Shown here: positions 1 through 13,539 of the stretch, piece after piece
Numbering within the stretch: position 1 is the stretch's first letter
How the letters are laid out: each line of letters begins with the position of its first letter
Assembly: GCA_050613775.1 (NCBI GenBank)
Contig: JBODTK010000140.1
Coordinates: forward strand, 62,001 to 126,000
Source: Neocallimastix sp. 'constans'
Lineage: Eukaryota
Direction of reading: 5' to 3'
Length of the DNA: 64,000 nt
The notes under the pieces: generated by a model
Seen by the model: the letters and a program-made list of their open reading frames with translations, nothing else
Database searches by the model: none
Told to the model about the DNA's origin: nothing
Translations under genes and position numbers: made by a program

Positions 1-1137
1 ATATAATCTATCTGATTTATTTTATAACCATCACTTGTTTTATAAATATTTATACCTATTATTTTAGTTGCATTAGAATCTTTAGAAATTTTATATTTAT
101 CTTTTAATTTGCTTACTGTATAGTTTATTTCATTTTTAATTCCTGTTATTAAAATATCATCTACATATAATGTTAGTAAACATGTTAATTTATTATTTTT
201 ATTATATTTCCCAAAGAGACATTTGTCAGTTTTGTAATTTCTAAAACCTATACTTACTAAGTAATTTGATATTTCATTATACCACATTCTTCCAGCCTGT
301 TTTAAACCATAAAGAGCTTTTTTAAGTAGCCAGAATTTATTAGTATTAAAATTTTTATCACCATAAGGAATCTTTGTATAAATCTTTTCTTCCAAATTTG
401 CATTCAAGTAAGCAGCTTTTATATCCAATTGTTTCAAATCCCAGTTGAACTTTGATGCAATAGCGACCGTAAGTCTTAGACTATCTGCTTGGACTGTTGG
501 GGAGTATGTCTCTATAAAGTCTTCTCCAGCAATTTGCTGACAACCAAGAGCCACTAATCTTGCCTTTTTCTTCTTTTTATCCTTTTCGGCAAAGACCCAT
601 TTAGTACCAATTATATTTGCGTCAGCTGGTATGTTTTTTACCACTTTCATAACATTGTTGTCGTACATATTTTTTAATTCGTCATCTATTGCTTCTTTCC
701 ATTCTTCACTTTCTGGTGAATTAATAGCTTGTTGATACGTTGTTGGGATATTTGTTTTAATATTTAAAATTTTAAATCTTTTATTACTTACTGATTGTAA
801 TTTTTCTTTTCTGGAAGTTAAATTTTCTTCATCTGAATCATCTGAATTATTGCTATGTGATCTTTTCTTGTTTATATATTTAAGTTTTCTTTCATTTAAA
901 AATTCATTATCAGATTCACTATTATATTCATTTTCTTCTATTTTAGTTTTATTATTATTATTAATAATTTTATTACTATTATTATTATTGTCATTATTAT
1001 AAATATCTTTGTAATTATCATAATTATTATTAATATCATTGTTATAAATATCGTTGTTATTATCATAATTATTATTATAATTATTATTAATATCATTGTT
1101 ATAAATATCGTTGTTGTTATCATAATTATTATTATAA

Positions 1138-1168
<31 letters not shown>

Positions 1169-1174
1169 AATTGC

Positions 1175-1214
<40 letters not shown>

Positions 1215-1884
1215 TAAAGGATTATTTAATTGTGAATGAATATTATTATTATCATTTATACTTTCCCCCTCAATTAAAGAATCCTTAAAATTAATAATAG
1301 AATCAATATATTTATCACAAAAGAATGTAGTATTAATAGTTCCAGGCATATCTTCCATAAAATAAACATCTCTTGAAGTAACTATAGAGTTAGTAGAAAT
1401 ATCTAAAATTTTGTAGCCAAGAGAGTCAGATGCATATCCTAAAAATATACCAGGTTTAGAGTTATTGTCAAATTTATTCGTTTTATGATTGTTATAGAAA
1501 AATGCTTTACATCCAAAAACTTTAAGGTGAGAAATATCAACTGATTTATTGAAAAATAATTCATTTGGAATTTTATTATTAATACTCTGATGTGGATTCA
1601 AGTTATAGAGGTAAGCAGCACAAAGAATAGCGGAATCCCAAAACTTGTAGGGTAGCTTAGCAGAGTTTAATAGAGTAGATGCGCAACGATTAAGTGTTTG
1701 ATTTAAGCGTTCAGCACGACCATTTTGTTGTGGGTAACCAGGAACTGAATGAATGAAATTAATTCCAAAATTTTCTAAATAGGTAGTTAAAGTTTTGTTG
1801 ATATACTCAGTACCATTGTCAGATTTGAAATTTATAATTTTATATGAAGTAGTATTGGAAATAAATTTATGAAATTTAATAAAT
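1..1884 (-). pseudogene. pol: Copia pol 3' part: integrase core, Asn-rich linker and reverse transcriptase, running off the window start
   Basis: Manual translation gives SDNGTEY, PQQNGRAERLN, HLKVFGC, GIFLGY, SRDVYF, KARLVALG, QLDIKAAYLN, LKKALYGLKQAGRMW and LYVDDIL. The integrase and YVDD codons are in the same frame. Confidence 0.93.
940..1215. repeat. (ATT)n-rich low-complexity repeat with a roughly 57-bp duplicated unit, encoding the Asn/Asp-rich copia INT-RT linker
   Basis: ATTATTAATATCATTGTTATAAATATCGTTGTT occurs twice, flanked by ATT runs. Confidence 0.8.
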
Positions 1885-2850
1885 TGTTAAGATTTTGATA
1901 TAATTTATAATTTAAATTTAAATAAAATAATATGTTTTAATAAAAATATTCACTAAGTCGATATGTCTATATAGTAATATACTATATAAATATATAATAA
2001 TAATAATAAATATTTAAATGTTTAGTTTAATAAAAATTTATTTATAATAAACTTTGATAATTAGAATTATCAAATTAATTTGATTTTAAATTTATTGATT
2101 TTATTTAATAATAAAATATCTATAATATATTACTATTAAGGTAATTTTACAATAACCTTACAAAGAACATAAAAGATAGATTTTTACATCTTTCTTTTAT
2201 ACTTTGTAAGTTACATAATAATACTATTTAATTATAAGATAGTAATAATATAGTAATATAAATACTAATAAAATATAAGGATAAATTTAATTATATAATT
2301 AATTTGAATAATTGAATTTAATATAGATATGTTGTAAACATATATAAAAACATAATATAAATAAAATACACGTGACGTCAAATGTGATATGCGGGACTTT
2401 TATGTGCAATAATTTATAAGCAGTGGGTTTTAAATAATGGTAGTTTAGTAAATTTTATTAATAAAATTATAATATTCGTACAATTAAAATAATAATTCTA
2501 ATTCCTAAAATTTTACAAGAGAGTTCTCTATTTCTAATATAAATAATTTAATTTATAAGAAATAGGTAATATATTAATTATATATTCTAATATATAGAAC
2601 TATATAAATTTTATATGAATTAAAGTATTATAATTATTATAATTATAATAATACATATTGAAATAAAATAAAATAAAATAATTATTATCAAAAAGATATA
2701 AATTTAATATTTAATAATTATTATTAAATATACAAATATGTTACTACACATATTTGTTTTATATCAGAAATGCCCTTGCTAAAAATTAAACTATATATTT
2801 TTTTTAAGAAAATATAAGGTTTAATTAATATAATTAATAATTTTAAAATT

Positions 2851-4953
2851 TTATTTTCTTTTATATTTATAATTTCTAATTATTCGTTTTGTATCAACGC
2901 GATTGTTGTTATAACTAATAATTTCCTTTAACATAATCTCAGGTTTGGGCATCAAAATTTTATTAATATTTAATTTATTTTTACTATTATTTTGAATAAA
3001 AATATGGGTAATTTTAATTTTCTTTTTAATTTTCTCAATTTTTATTTCCTTATCACTATCTACATTTATAATATTACTATAATCAATCAGGGAATTTTTA
3101 TTATTAACTGAATACTTTTTATTTATACATTGCTCCTTATTATTATTATTTGGAATAATTTGTATATTGTTTATTTTTGAATTTTTATTATCAATAATTT
3201 TTGATTCTTTAGTCAAACTACTGTTAATATTATCAACTTGTACAAATTCTTTAACATTTATTTCTTCATTTACATTTTTATTACTATTTTTCTTATAAAT
3301 TATATTTTTAGAATTCTCAATAATATCATTATTATCTTTATTCTTTTTACTATTTGAATTAATATTTTCATTATTATCAATAGTTTTAATATTTATTGTT
3401 ACAATACTATTAATTTCCATATTATTATTTTGACTTTTCTTAATATCTGTATTACCAGTGAAACTATTTTTATTTTCTTCTTTAGTAATTATAATATTAT
3501 TGTTTGTTTTGCATTTGCTATTACTATTATTTACTAATTTATTATTTTCTCTGAAATTATCCAATTTTAACTCATTTAATTTATTTAGTTTCGCGTTTAT
3601 TATGTCATCAATTGTATCATTTTTATTATTATTAATTTTATTATTATAATTATTATTATTTTTATTATTAATATTCATATTATTTTTGTTATTGTTATAA
3701 TTCTTAGTCAAGTTCGGTATATTATTATTTAAAATGTTATTATTTATTTTATTCTTATTTATACTCTCATTAATGTTATCAATATTATTTTTATCTTTAC
3801 TGCTATCATTTCCTTTATAATTACTATTCTTGTTACTATTGTTAATTGTTGAATTATTATTTAATTTTGGTTTTAAAATTTTCCGATTTATTAAATTGTA
3901 TGATATATTATTATCACTAATATTATCATAATTTCCAACCCTAACTCCTAAATTATTGATGTTATTAATATCTATATTATTATTATTATTTTTGAAATTT
4001 CCTTTATCTTCAATTAGTGATGCATATCTATAATCTTTACTTCGTCTAGTAGCAGTGAAATAGTTTTTGGGAGAATTGATGTAATTAGAAAAATTATGAT
4101 CTTGTTTTATTCTGGCCAAGTCGGTACAATCCTTAGTAAGATGCCCAGGCTTATCACAAAAGAAACAAGTTTTAATTTGTAAATGTTTCATTTTATTTAC
4201 ATTATTATAATTATTTAGGATATTATAATTAACTTTATGGATATCATTAGAAGGCATATTTATAGAAGTACTTCTTAAGTTCCTAAAATTCGTACAATTT
4301 CTATTCCATGAATTATTAGTGTTATTAATAGAAGTAACAATTGGTTGCTTAATAGATGAATAATTATTATAATTATATGAACTTCTTTCATTTTTCCAGC
4401 GAGATTCCTGTAATATATTTTCGTATTTTTCTGCCTTTCTACAAGCATCTACTAAAGAATCATATTCCTCCATTGCAATCCTTATATAAATTTGTGTTCT
4501 TGGTAGAAGAGCATTCACATAATCTATAACTGAAATAGAAGCTTTATCTTCCGTTTCCAATTGATCATATAAATCTAAGTATTTCGTATTAAAATTATAC
4601 ACCGTCTCTTTTGGCTCAATAATTAAACGTTTTAATTGTCTTAATTTGTCGCCCTTTTGGTTTTCTCTCCAATATTTCCTTTTTATGAGATCAACACATT
4701 CATCTAATGTAAGAGCTCTATTTACCTCTGTTTCTTTTTTCATAAGTACTCTTACAATATCATCTTCAGCAGCCGCAATAATGTAACTAAATTTCTTTAT
4801 ATCGGTAGTAATACCTTCTCTCCTAAACCAATTATTAATTCTAAATTTCCATATTTCTGCATCTCTACTAGATCCACCAATTCTCGGAAGAGTACTAGTA
4901 TCAACGTTAACCTTACCCGAACTTGTACTTCTGAGGGAACCGGTACCTGGCAT
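2851..4953 (-). CDS. gag: Gag-like protein of element B (700 aa) with CCHC zinc knuckle and a long Asn/Ile/Lys-rich tail
   Basis: Contains CFFCDKPGHLTKDC. The segment ETVYNFNTKYLDLYDQL...ISVIDYVNAL aligns with the Gags of H, G and J (ESIKKFNYRYKKLYNKL...ISVKDYTNAI). Confidence 0.85.
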   Translation of the reverse strand: MPGTGSLRSTSSGKVNVDTSTLPRIGGSSRDAEIWKFRINNWFRREGITTDIKKFSYIIAAAEDDIVRVLMKKETEVNRALTLDECVDLIKRKYWRENQKGDKLRQLKRLIIEPKETVYNFNTKYLDLYDQLETEDKASISVIDYVNALLPRTQIYIRIAMEEYDSLVDACRKAEKYENILQESRWKNERSSYNYNNYSSIKQPIVTSINNTNNSWNRNCTNFRNLRSTSINMPSNDIHKVNYNILNNYNNVNKMKHLQIKTCFFCDKPGHLTKDCTDLARIKQDHNFSNYINSPKNYFTATRRSKDYRYASLIEDKGNFKNNNNNIDINNINNLGVRVGNYDNISDNNISYNLINRKILKPKLNNNSTINNSNKNSNYKGNDSSKDKNNIDNINESINKNKINNNILNNNIPNLTKNYNNNKNNMNINNKNNNNYNNKINNNKNDTIDDIINAKLNKLNELKLDNFRENNKLVNNSNSKCKTNNNIIITKEENKNSFTGNTDIKKSQNNNMEINSIVTINIKTIDNNENINSNSKKNKDNNDIIENSKNIIYKKNSNKNVNEEINVKEFVQVDNINSSLTKESKIIDNKNSKINNIQIIPNNNNKEQCINKKYSVNNKNSLIDYSNIINVDSDKEIKIEKIKKKIKITHIFIQNNSKNKLNINKILMPKPEIMLKEIISYNNNRVDTKRIIRNYKYKRK

Positions 4954-5390
4954 TTTATTTCCAATTAATTAATTATGCAGTTATTCGTTATTAATATTGT
5001 TATTTGTTATTAATATTTAATATTATATATATATTTATATATATATATATTATTATTATTTTTTTTTTTTTTTTTTTTTTATTTTTATTATTATTATTTA
5101 ATATAATTATAATTTTTTTCCTAATACTTATTAATATTTATTTATTTTAAAACAATTTATTTAAACTATACTAAAATGAATGGAAATAGATATAATACAT
5201 AACTCTCTCTTCACCAAAAAAATAAAATAATTATAAATAGCCAATAAAAAAAAAAATAAAAATTTATATCCAAAACAGTGTATTTTAATTAATCCTAACT
5301 GAAGAGAATTTATGTAAATATATACGGATTTATAATTAATTAACAAAATTACTAAACACCACTACTTATAAATTACTTTTTACACAGCAC

Positions 5391-5409
5391 ATCCCCGATA
5401 TCTCCACCA
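5391..5409 (-). promoter_or_regulatory. Primer-binding site of B, complementary to a tRNA 3' end (probably tRNA-Ala)
   Basis: Minus strand reads TGGTGGAGATATCGGGGAT. Its complement ...ATCCCCGATATCTCCACCA resembles the eukaryotic tRNA-Ala 3' end. The same PBS occurs in G and F. Confidence 0.8.
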
Positions 5410-6012
5410 ATTTTTGATATGCGGGACTTTTATGTGCAATAATTTATAAGCAGTGGGTTTTAAATAATGGTAGTTTAGTAAATTTTATTAATAAAATTAT
5501 AATATTCGTACAATTAAAATAATAATTCTAATTCCTAAAATTTTACAAGAGAGTTCTCTATTTCTAATATAAATAATTTAATTTATAAGAAATAGGTAAT
5601 ATATTAATTATATATTCTAATATATAGAACTATATAAATTTTATATGAATTAAAGTATTATAATTATTATAATTATAATAATACATATTGAAATAAAATA
5701 AAATAAAATAATTATTATCAAAAAGATATAAATTTAATATTTAATAATTATTATTAAATATACAAATATGTTACTACACATATTTGTTTTATATCAAATG
5801 TATCATTGAAATTAATTATTAATATAAACCTTATTTATTAATATTCTCAGGATTATTAGGCCTAAGATAACCCTTTAAATATTAAACAAGAATTTATATT
5901 AATTATTAATTATTTAAATATATATATTATTTATAATTAAATAAATAATATTTTTAATTATTGAAATGTAAATAACTGAAATTGAGATTTCAATTCAGTT
6001 ATAATTTCAACA

Positions 6013-6053
6013 TAAATATGTTAGGAACATCAGACTTATTCTTGATAAGGTAG
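6013..6053 (-). pseudogene. pol: 41-bp copia integrase fragment stranded between two insertions
   Basis: Translates YLIKNKSDVPNIF and is bounded by TSD copies TAAAT and GGTAG. Confidence 0.9.
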
Positions 6054-6073
6054 TGTAACGAATCTTAAAAAAA

Positions 6074-6999
6074 TGTTGAGGTTCGGGACAGAATAATAAT
6101 AAATATAGAAATAAACACTAAAATAAAAAAAAATTAAAAATTTAAAATATATCTTTTTTTTTTAAAATATTTTATTTATTTATTTAATAAAAATTATTCA
6201 ATTAAAAACTAAAAATAAATTAATTTCTTTAATAAGATTAATATTTTTTTCCAGATTATTTTTCTAAAATACAATTTTCTCATCTATTTATATTTTTTTT
6301 TATCGTTAGAAATGGTCAAGCCATTTCTTTAGAATATCTTAGAGTTACATGTTTGAATTGTATTTAAATTATAAATTCATAATCTATTTTATTATAATAA
6401 ATAATTATTACATATTATTAAATTCTAAACTATTTATTATTAATTGTAGTGATAATATATTTTAAAAATAATTTTATTACTTTTACAGAACTATTAGTAA
6501 TAGAGTATTATTTAATTTTATACTATTTTTAAATAAAAGTATTTTAGATTATTATCTATTATTAATCTTATTATAAATAGGGTGTATTTTGGAAGGAAGT
6601 ATTACTAATTTTAATGACAAGGATCATGAATTTAAGTAAAATATTTTTAAATCATTATTAATTATATTAATTTTTATTAATAATAAATAATCTGTATTAG
6701 TAATATTTGTAAAATAAAATTTTCTTTAATAATAAAATATTAATAGAATAAATCATATTAATAAAACTAGATATTGATAATAATATTGATATTAATAATA
6801 TAGTATTAATTTTAATAATAAAGTATTGATATTAATAAAGAATTTATATTAATAATAATAAATTTAATATTAGTAATAATTTGGCAGTAATAGAACATAA
6901 GAAAGTTCCCCAAGTAAGGAAATAAATAATTTAATTTTAGTGGTTAAGTTATTTTTATGAAAAATAATAAAATTAACATTATTTGTTCATTCCTTAACA
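6074..6999 (-). mobile_element. Solo LTR C (926 bp), related to the LTRs of F and G
   Basis: Ends TGTTGAGG...CCTTAACA are inverted and flanked by AAAA on both sides. Shares TGTTGAGGTTC with the F LTR and ATTATTTGTTCATTC with the G LTR. Orientation is inferred from those matches. Confidence 0.8.
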
Positions 7000-7641
7000 A
7001 AAATGATACGTTATTTCTATAAGTATCAATGTTTTTGTGGTTAGCAAGATTGTATTAAATAAAAATATATTCTAATATAAAAATATATAATTACAATACA
7101 CGTTAATATTAAAACAAAATATAAAAAAAATTATAGTTTTGTCGTTTTATTTATTTATTTAAATTATTTATGTCGTAATACAAATTTTATAATAAAATGT
7201 TATTAAAGATCTTATTAATTATTTATTTCTAACTAACTTATTACTATTAAAATTTTTGATAAATAAATATATTCCCCAAATATATTTATTTTAACCAATT
7301 TTATCTCTATTTTTTTCCAAATAAAAAAACCTCCTCTTCTTTAAAGAATTATAATAATTTTTCTTTTATATTTCTAATTTCTAATTTACTATAAATTAAA
7401 TCCTATTGGCTATTAACTAATTAAATAAATTTAATAATTTTTATATTACTATTTATTATTATAATATACATATATAATTTAACTAATTATTTATTATATT
7501 TAATTTTATTTCTTGATAATATTCTCTTTTTATTTAAATACTGCATCAAGACGCCCCCGCTTAGCCTAGACTTCGTCCCTTGAAGTCCTAAAAAAAAAAA
7601 AAATATATATATATATATATATAAATCCATTTAAATTTGCT

Positions 7642-7703
<62 letters not shown>

Positions 7704-7813
7704 AATTAATCTTTGTTCAAAAAAAAATTTTATATGAATTATTATTATTTTATTGGTCAATTATTAATTCATTGAACATGTGAAGTTTATCAATGTAAAT
7801 GTCTTATTCATGG

Positions 7814-7859
<46 letters not shown>

Positions 7860-7875
7860 TTAGGTATGTATATTA

Positions 7876-7909
<34 letters not shown>

Positions 7910-8376
7910 ATATATTTAAATTGATGATTACATATTTAAATTGATAATTACATTCAATTATTATTTTTATTAATTGATTTAATTTCATTGTTACCATTTG
8001 TTATATAAATATATATATATTTGGAAATATCGTATAATTTAGAATTTATAACGTCAAATTTCTTTGTCAAATCTCATTATGTTCACATTATTTTCTTTTC
8101 GCCATGTATTTTTTTAATTATCATTAATATGTATTATAATCATTATTATCCAAATAAAATTATAATTAAAAAAAATAAAATAATCTTTTGAATCAATGTC
8201 TTAATTTAGTGTTGAACCTATGGTTTTAAAATATATACTATTATTATTTTTGTATATTATTATATTATTATATCTATCTATAACATTCATATTATTTTAT
8301 ATTATAATACTATCTATTTTGTTATTTTAGTTAATAATATATATTATTATACTATCTTTTTGTTATTTCATCTATA

Positions 8377-8700
8377 TTTTATTATTTTACTCAATATATA
8401 ATATTTATATTATTATACTATCTATTTGTTATATTATCAATATTTTATTATTTTACTCAATATATAATATTTATATTATTATACTATCTATTTGTTATAT
8501 TATCAATATTTTATTATTTTACTCAATATATAATATTTATATTATTATACTATCTATTTGTTATATTATCAATATTTTATTATTTTACTCAATATATAAT
8601 ATTTATATTATTATACTATCTATTTGTTATATTATCAATATTTTATTATTTTACTCAATATCTAATATTTATATTATTATACTATCTATTACGTTATATT
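8377..8700. repeat. 66-bp tandem repeat (about 5 copies) in the 3' non-coding region of H
   Basis: ACTCAATAT recurs at 8389, 8455, 8521, 8587 and 8653. Confidence 0.9.
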
Positions 8701-9030
8701 GTCTATATTATAGTTAATTATACTATCTATACTATCTATGTTTATATATTTTATTATTATATCTAATATAATCAGTTCTTATATATAATTATTATTATTA
8801 TTATTATTATTATTATTTTTTTTTTTTTTTTTTTTTTTTTTATTTTTATTTATTTATTTTTTTTTTTTTATTTTTTTTTTTTTATTTTTATTTTTTTTTT
8901 TTTTTTTTATTTTTTTGAGATAAAATTTATCAAATGTTAAGTAATGAATAAAATAAATTTCAAAATTATAAGTTTTAAATTCAGATTTTGAAATTTCAAT
9001 TTTGAGGTTTTGAAGTTTCAATATAATTTA

Positions 9031-9065
<35 letters not shown>

Positions 9066-9101
9066 TGTTAATTTTTTTTTTTTGTATATATATATGTATC
9101 C

Positions 9102-12100
9102 TTATTCTTCTAAATTCAATTCTGTGAAATATGGAATAATATTTTTTAAATGAATGTTCCTATCAGCAACTTCCCCAGTTACTGGATCGCAAACTGTTAC
9201 TGTATTGAACTCTTGTTTTACGATCTTTAGTGGGCCTGTGAAAAACGGATCCAGCTTCTTTCTGTTGAACAATTTGACCAAAACAAGATCACCTGGCTTA
9301 TACTTTGCTCTCATTCTTTTTATTTGTTTTCTACGATCTTCCCACAACTTGTTTGCTGTTTCAATGTTCTTTATTGCTTCACGGATCCAACGGTCATGGT
9401 TAATAAATTTCCTCAGCCAAAATTCTTCTTCGTCTTCCCAGTCATTTTTGGATTCGACATTAACAGTGAGTTCGAATGGTTGTAAGTCTCTCCGACCATA
9501 CAACAATTCAAAGCTGCTGTGTTTCGTAACTTCATTCTTGCACGTTCTTAAAGCCCAAAGAGCACTATAAAGTGTTTCGTCCCACTGCGAATCCTCTTCT
9601 CCGAGTAACCTGAGATACTTACCTATTTCCCTATTTCTGTTTTCTACTTCTCCATTAGACGAGGGGTGATAGGTTGCAACATAATTTACATAAATGTCGT
9701 TAAGGTCCAAAAATGCTTTTGTCTTATCGGAAGTAAACTGTGGACCATTGTCAGTAACTAAAATTTCAGGAACACCATGTCGTGCAAATATTTTCTTGAG
9801 AAAATTTATTACATCTTGAGATTCGGCAGATTGTAAGGGTTCTGCTTCCACCCATTTGGTAAGATAATCTACTAATACAATTATATATCTATTACCTTTA
9901 TTTGTTATAGGTAATGGTCCTATTAGATCCAACCCAACTCTTGAGAAAGGATATTCAGGTACAGTTGCAATATTTTCGGTATATTTATTTAATTTTTGTG
10001 GTCGACAAGTTTGACACTTGTGACAACATTTTATTAGTATTTGTATATCTTTTTTCATATTTCCCCAGTAGTAATCCCTCTTCAGTCTGCTATAAGTTTT
10101 ATAAGCTCCTTCATGGCCTAGACCATGGGCTTCTTCGATTAATTTTTGCTTCTCTTCTTTGTTGTGAACTATTCTTCTCAGTTGTTCTCCTTGTTTAAGA
10201 TATTCCACACCATCAATATTTATAATTCTCTTATTTATAAATTCATTCATAAATTTATTTATACTATCATTGCTATTATTGGATAAAACATCATTGTTTA
10301 CTAATGCATTTAATATTTCTTTATTTTCATGTATTTCTTTTGTAGGTAACCTAGATAAAGCGTCAGCAATAACGTTCTTCTTCCCCTCTTGAAATTGGAC
10401 TTGAACATTTAATATTGATAGTTCAGTAACCCATTTAAGGTGGCGATTATTTGAAGGCTCTCTATTAGCAAATATACTAACCAAGGGTTTATGATCTGTA
10501 TAAACGATAGTGGTAAAAGGGCTTCCACTAAAATAGGGTTTAAATTTTTTAACACAATGAAATATTGCTTTGCCTTCTAAATCAGTAACACTATAATTAG
10601 ATTCAGCAGCGGAAAGAGTTCTACTTTCAAAATATATGGGGATTTCAATTGAATTTTCATTTGTTTGGAGAAGTACTCCACCAAGTCCATCTCTGGAAGC
10701 ATCTGTTCGGATAATAAATGGTTTAGAATAATCAGGAGGAGTTAAAATAGGGGCAACCGTTAGTGACATTTTTAATTTTTCAAAGGCTATGTTGCACTTT
10801 TCGGACCATTCATACGGTACATCTTTCTTTAAGAGGTTAAACAGAGGATTTGCAATCTGAGCAAAATTTTTAATAAATTTCCGATAATAACCAACAGCTC
10901 CCAAAAATGATTTAAGTTGAGTGATATTTTTAGGGGGTAGCCAGTTAATTATAACTTTAATCTTATCAGGAATCGGGGCAATACCTTTTGTGGATAATAC
11001 ATGACCAAGAAGGACTACTTCTTCTTTGAAAAAAGAACATTTTTCTAAGTTTATTTTCAAACCATTGTCTGCTAGGATTTGGAATACTTTAGTAAGATGA
11101 GTAATGTGTGATTCAATTGAGTCAGAAAATATTACTAAATGGTCAATGTAAACAAATAAGCATACTCCAATCAAGTCAAAAAAAATCCGGTTCATTTCAC
11201 GTTGAAATGTAGCCGGTGCATTACATAGCCCAAACGGCATCACACAAAATTTATAGTTTCCAAACATCGTTGTGAATGTTGTTTTATCTTTATCATCAGG
11301 ATTCATTGGAACCTGATGATAACCAGAAAAAAGATCAATAGTAGAGAGTATTTTAGCGTTCTTTCCAATAAACATTAATATGTCATCAATTAAGGGCAAA
11401 GCATAGGAATCCTTAATAGTTATATTGTTTAAAGCCCTAAAGTCGACACACATTCTCCAGTCGCCGTTTTTCTTTGGAACTAGTACTACTGGAAATGCCC
11501 ATGAAGAGTAGGATGGCTCTATTAGTTTGTTTTCTATTAGCTTAATCAAAATTTCCTTTAGAGCTTTTGTTTGCGCTTTGGATAAACGGTAAGCTTTTAA
11601 CTTTATGGGTGAAGATTTTGGAATTAATTCAATCCTGTGAGGTAATAATTTTGACCTTCCTAAATCATCTGTTTTAATTGCAACTACATTTTTAAATTTA
11701 AAAAATAATTTACTAATTTTATTTTTAAATTTATTAGGAACAGAAGATATTATTTCGTTAATTAAATGTTCTTTCGTGTTAGGTAATTCATTAGTGTTCG
11801 TAATTTCTTTATCATTGGTAACTGTAATTGTTAATAAAAAAGGTTCAGATTTTGTATTTTGATGTTTTTCTATATCCTCATCATCCTTGTAAGTATTATT
11901 AAGATTGATATCATAAAATAGATCTGCTAGTTTAATGTAATTATTATTTTCATCAATATAATATAAAGTATCATCTACTAAGTTAATATCAAATCTATTA
12001 TTCTTTAGAGAATCAACACCAATTAAGATATCGAAAATATCATCCTTTTCTATTATTCTGAAATATTCATTAAAAGTTTTACTACCAATAGAAATCTGTA

Positions 12101-13507
12101 AGTCATAGATATCACTCTCTGTTGAAGAATTAGAGTACGCTTGAAATATTGTTTCAGAAATTCTACCAATAGAAGGTTTGTTGATTTTTAATTTATTTAA
12201 AGCAGAACGTGTGATAAAGTTGACACTAGCACACGTATCTAAAAATATTTCACAGTCATTATTTTCTACTTTACCGCAAACTTTAATTATTTTATGTTTT
12301 GTGATAACCGTCATCACATTTGTTATTGTTTGTTTAGGCGCTAATTTTAAAGCTTTTAAAAATTCTGTACGGAATTTTGGAAAAAGATCTAAAAGGTAAA
12401 CTAATTTTGTTATTACATCAGTTGATGCAATTTCTTTTATTAAATCTTGAATATAATAATCACCAAATTTTTCCATAAGTTTGATGTGTTTTTCAGGTTT
12501 CTTAAAAGAAGTTTCACTTTGCTCAATGTCGGTATTTATTTTCTTAGCTTTATTTTTTATATCTTTGATTTTTTCTTCCCTATTTTTACCTTTAACATTT
12601 CGAATATTTTTCTCTGTTATAAAGGAAGGATCAAGATATTCTAGTTTTTCTGTTTTACGATTTTCACTATTAAAGACCATATCCGGGTTTTCCTTAATTA
12701 TATTATTAAAATTCTTAGATCTACCAGGTAAAATATTATTATAATTTTTAGAGTTATAATTTTCTTTATCAGCATCATTATCTTCAGATTCTTCAGATTC
12801 TTCTATCATAATTACATCTTCATTAGGTTCTATATCTTCTCGTTCAACCCTTTGGGTATTGCTTGTATTGTTATGAGTATTATCATCATTATTGGTGACA
12901 GTATTTTCTTTAAAATAGTCGTAAGTATTATTTTCCTTATTTTCATTAAAATCATTATTACTATTATAATTATCTATAGTATTATTATTTTTATTATCAT
13001 TATTCGCATTATCGTTATAATTGTCTATATTATGATTAATTTTATTATTATTATTCTTATTATTGTTTTCATATTCATTATTCTTATTATTCTTATGATT
13101 ATTAATATTATTATAATTATTATTAACATTTGTATTACTATAATCGATATTATTTTTATTATTAATATTATTATTATAATTATTATTAATACTATTATTA
13201 GTACTAATTTTATTATCACTAGTATTATTATTAATATTATTATGACTCATAGCTGCCGTTTGTATTGGTTTTGGATTGTCCTTTAAATTAAATCTCACTT
13301 CCTTTCTATTGTATGGTTTTTCATTATGTTTGTTTAATTTATTTCTTGAATTTCGAGTAGCGGCTGCTATAATTTCAATTGGTCTATTTAATGTATTTTG
13401 TGTAGTGTTACTATTATTGTTTATATTAAGGTCATTACATTTTTGTTTTTCTTTAATATTATTATTAATTATAGGTAATATTGTTTGATCGTCTACCATT
13501 GTCATTA

Positions 13508-13539
<32 letters not shown>

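Larger units (their letters stand above)
2385..5796 (-). mobile_element. Element B: non-autonomous gag-only Ty3/gypsy-type LTR element
   Basis: 382-bp LTRs at 2385-2766 and 5415-5796, identical by eye, with TG...CA ends. 4-bp TSD AATG, PBS at 5391-5409, PPT-like AGCAAGGGC next to the 3' LTR, single ORF. Confidence 0.92.
1885..6012. mobile_element. Solo LTR A (about 710 bp: 1885-2384 plus 5801-6012), interrupted by element B
   Basis: Starts TGTTAA, ends TCAACA, and has a 5-bp TSD TAAAT at 1880-1884 and 6013-6017 inside the copia integrase. No coding sequence. Confidence 0.8.
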
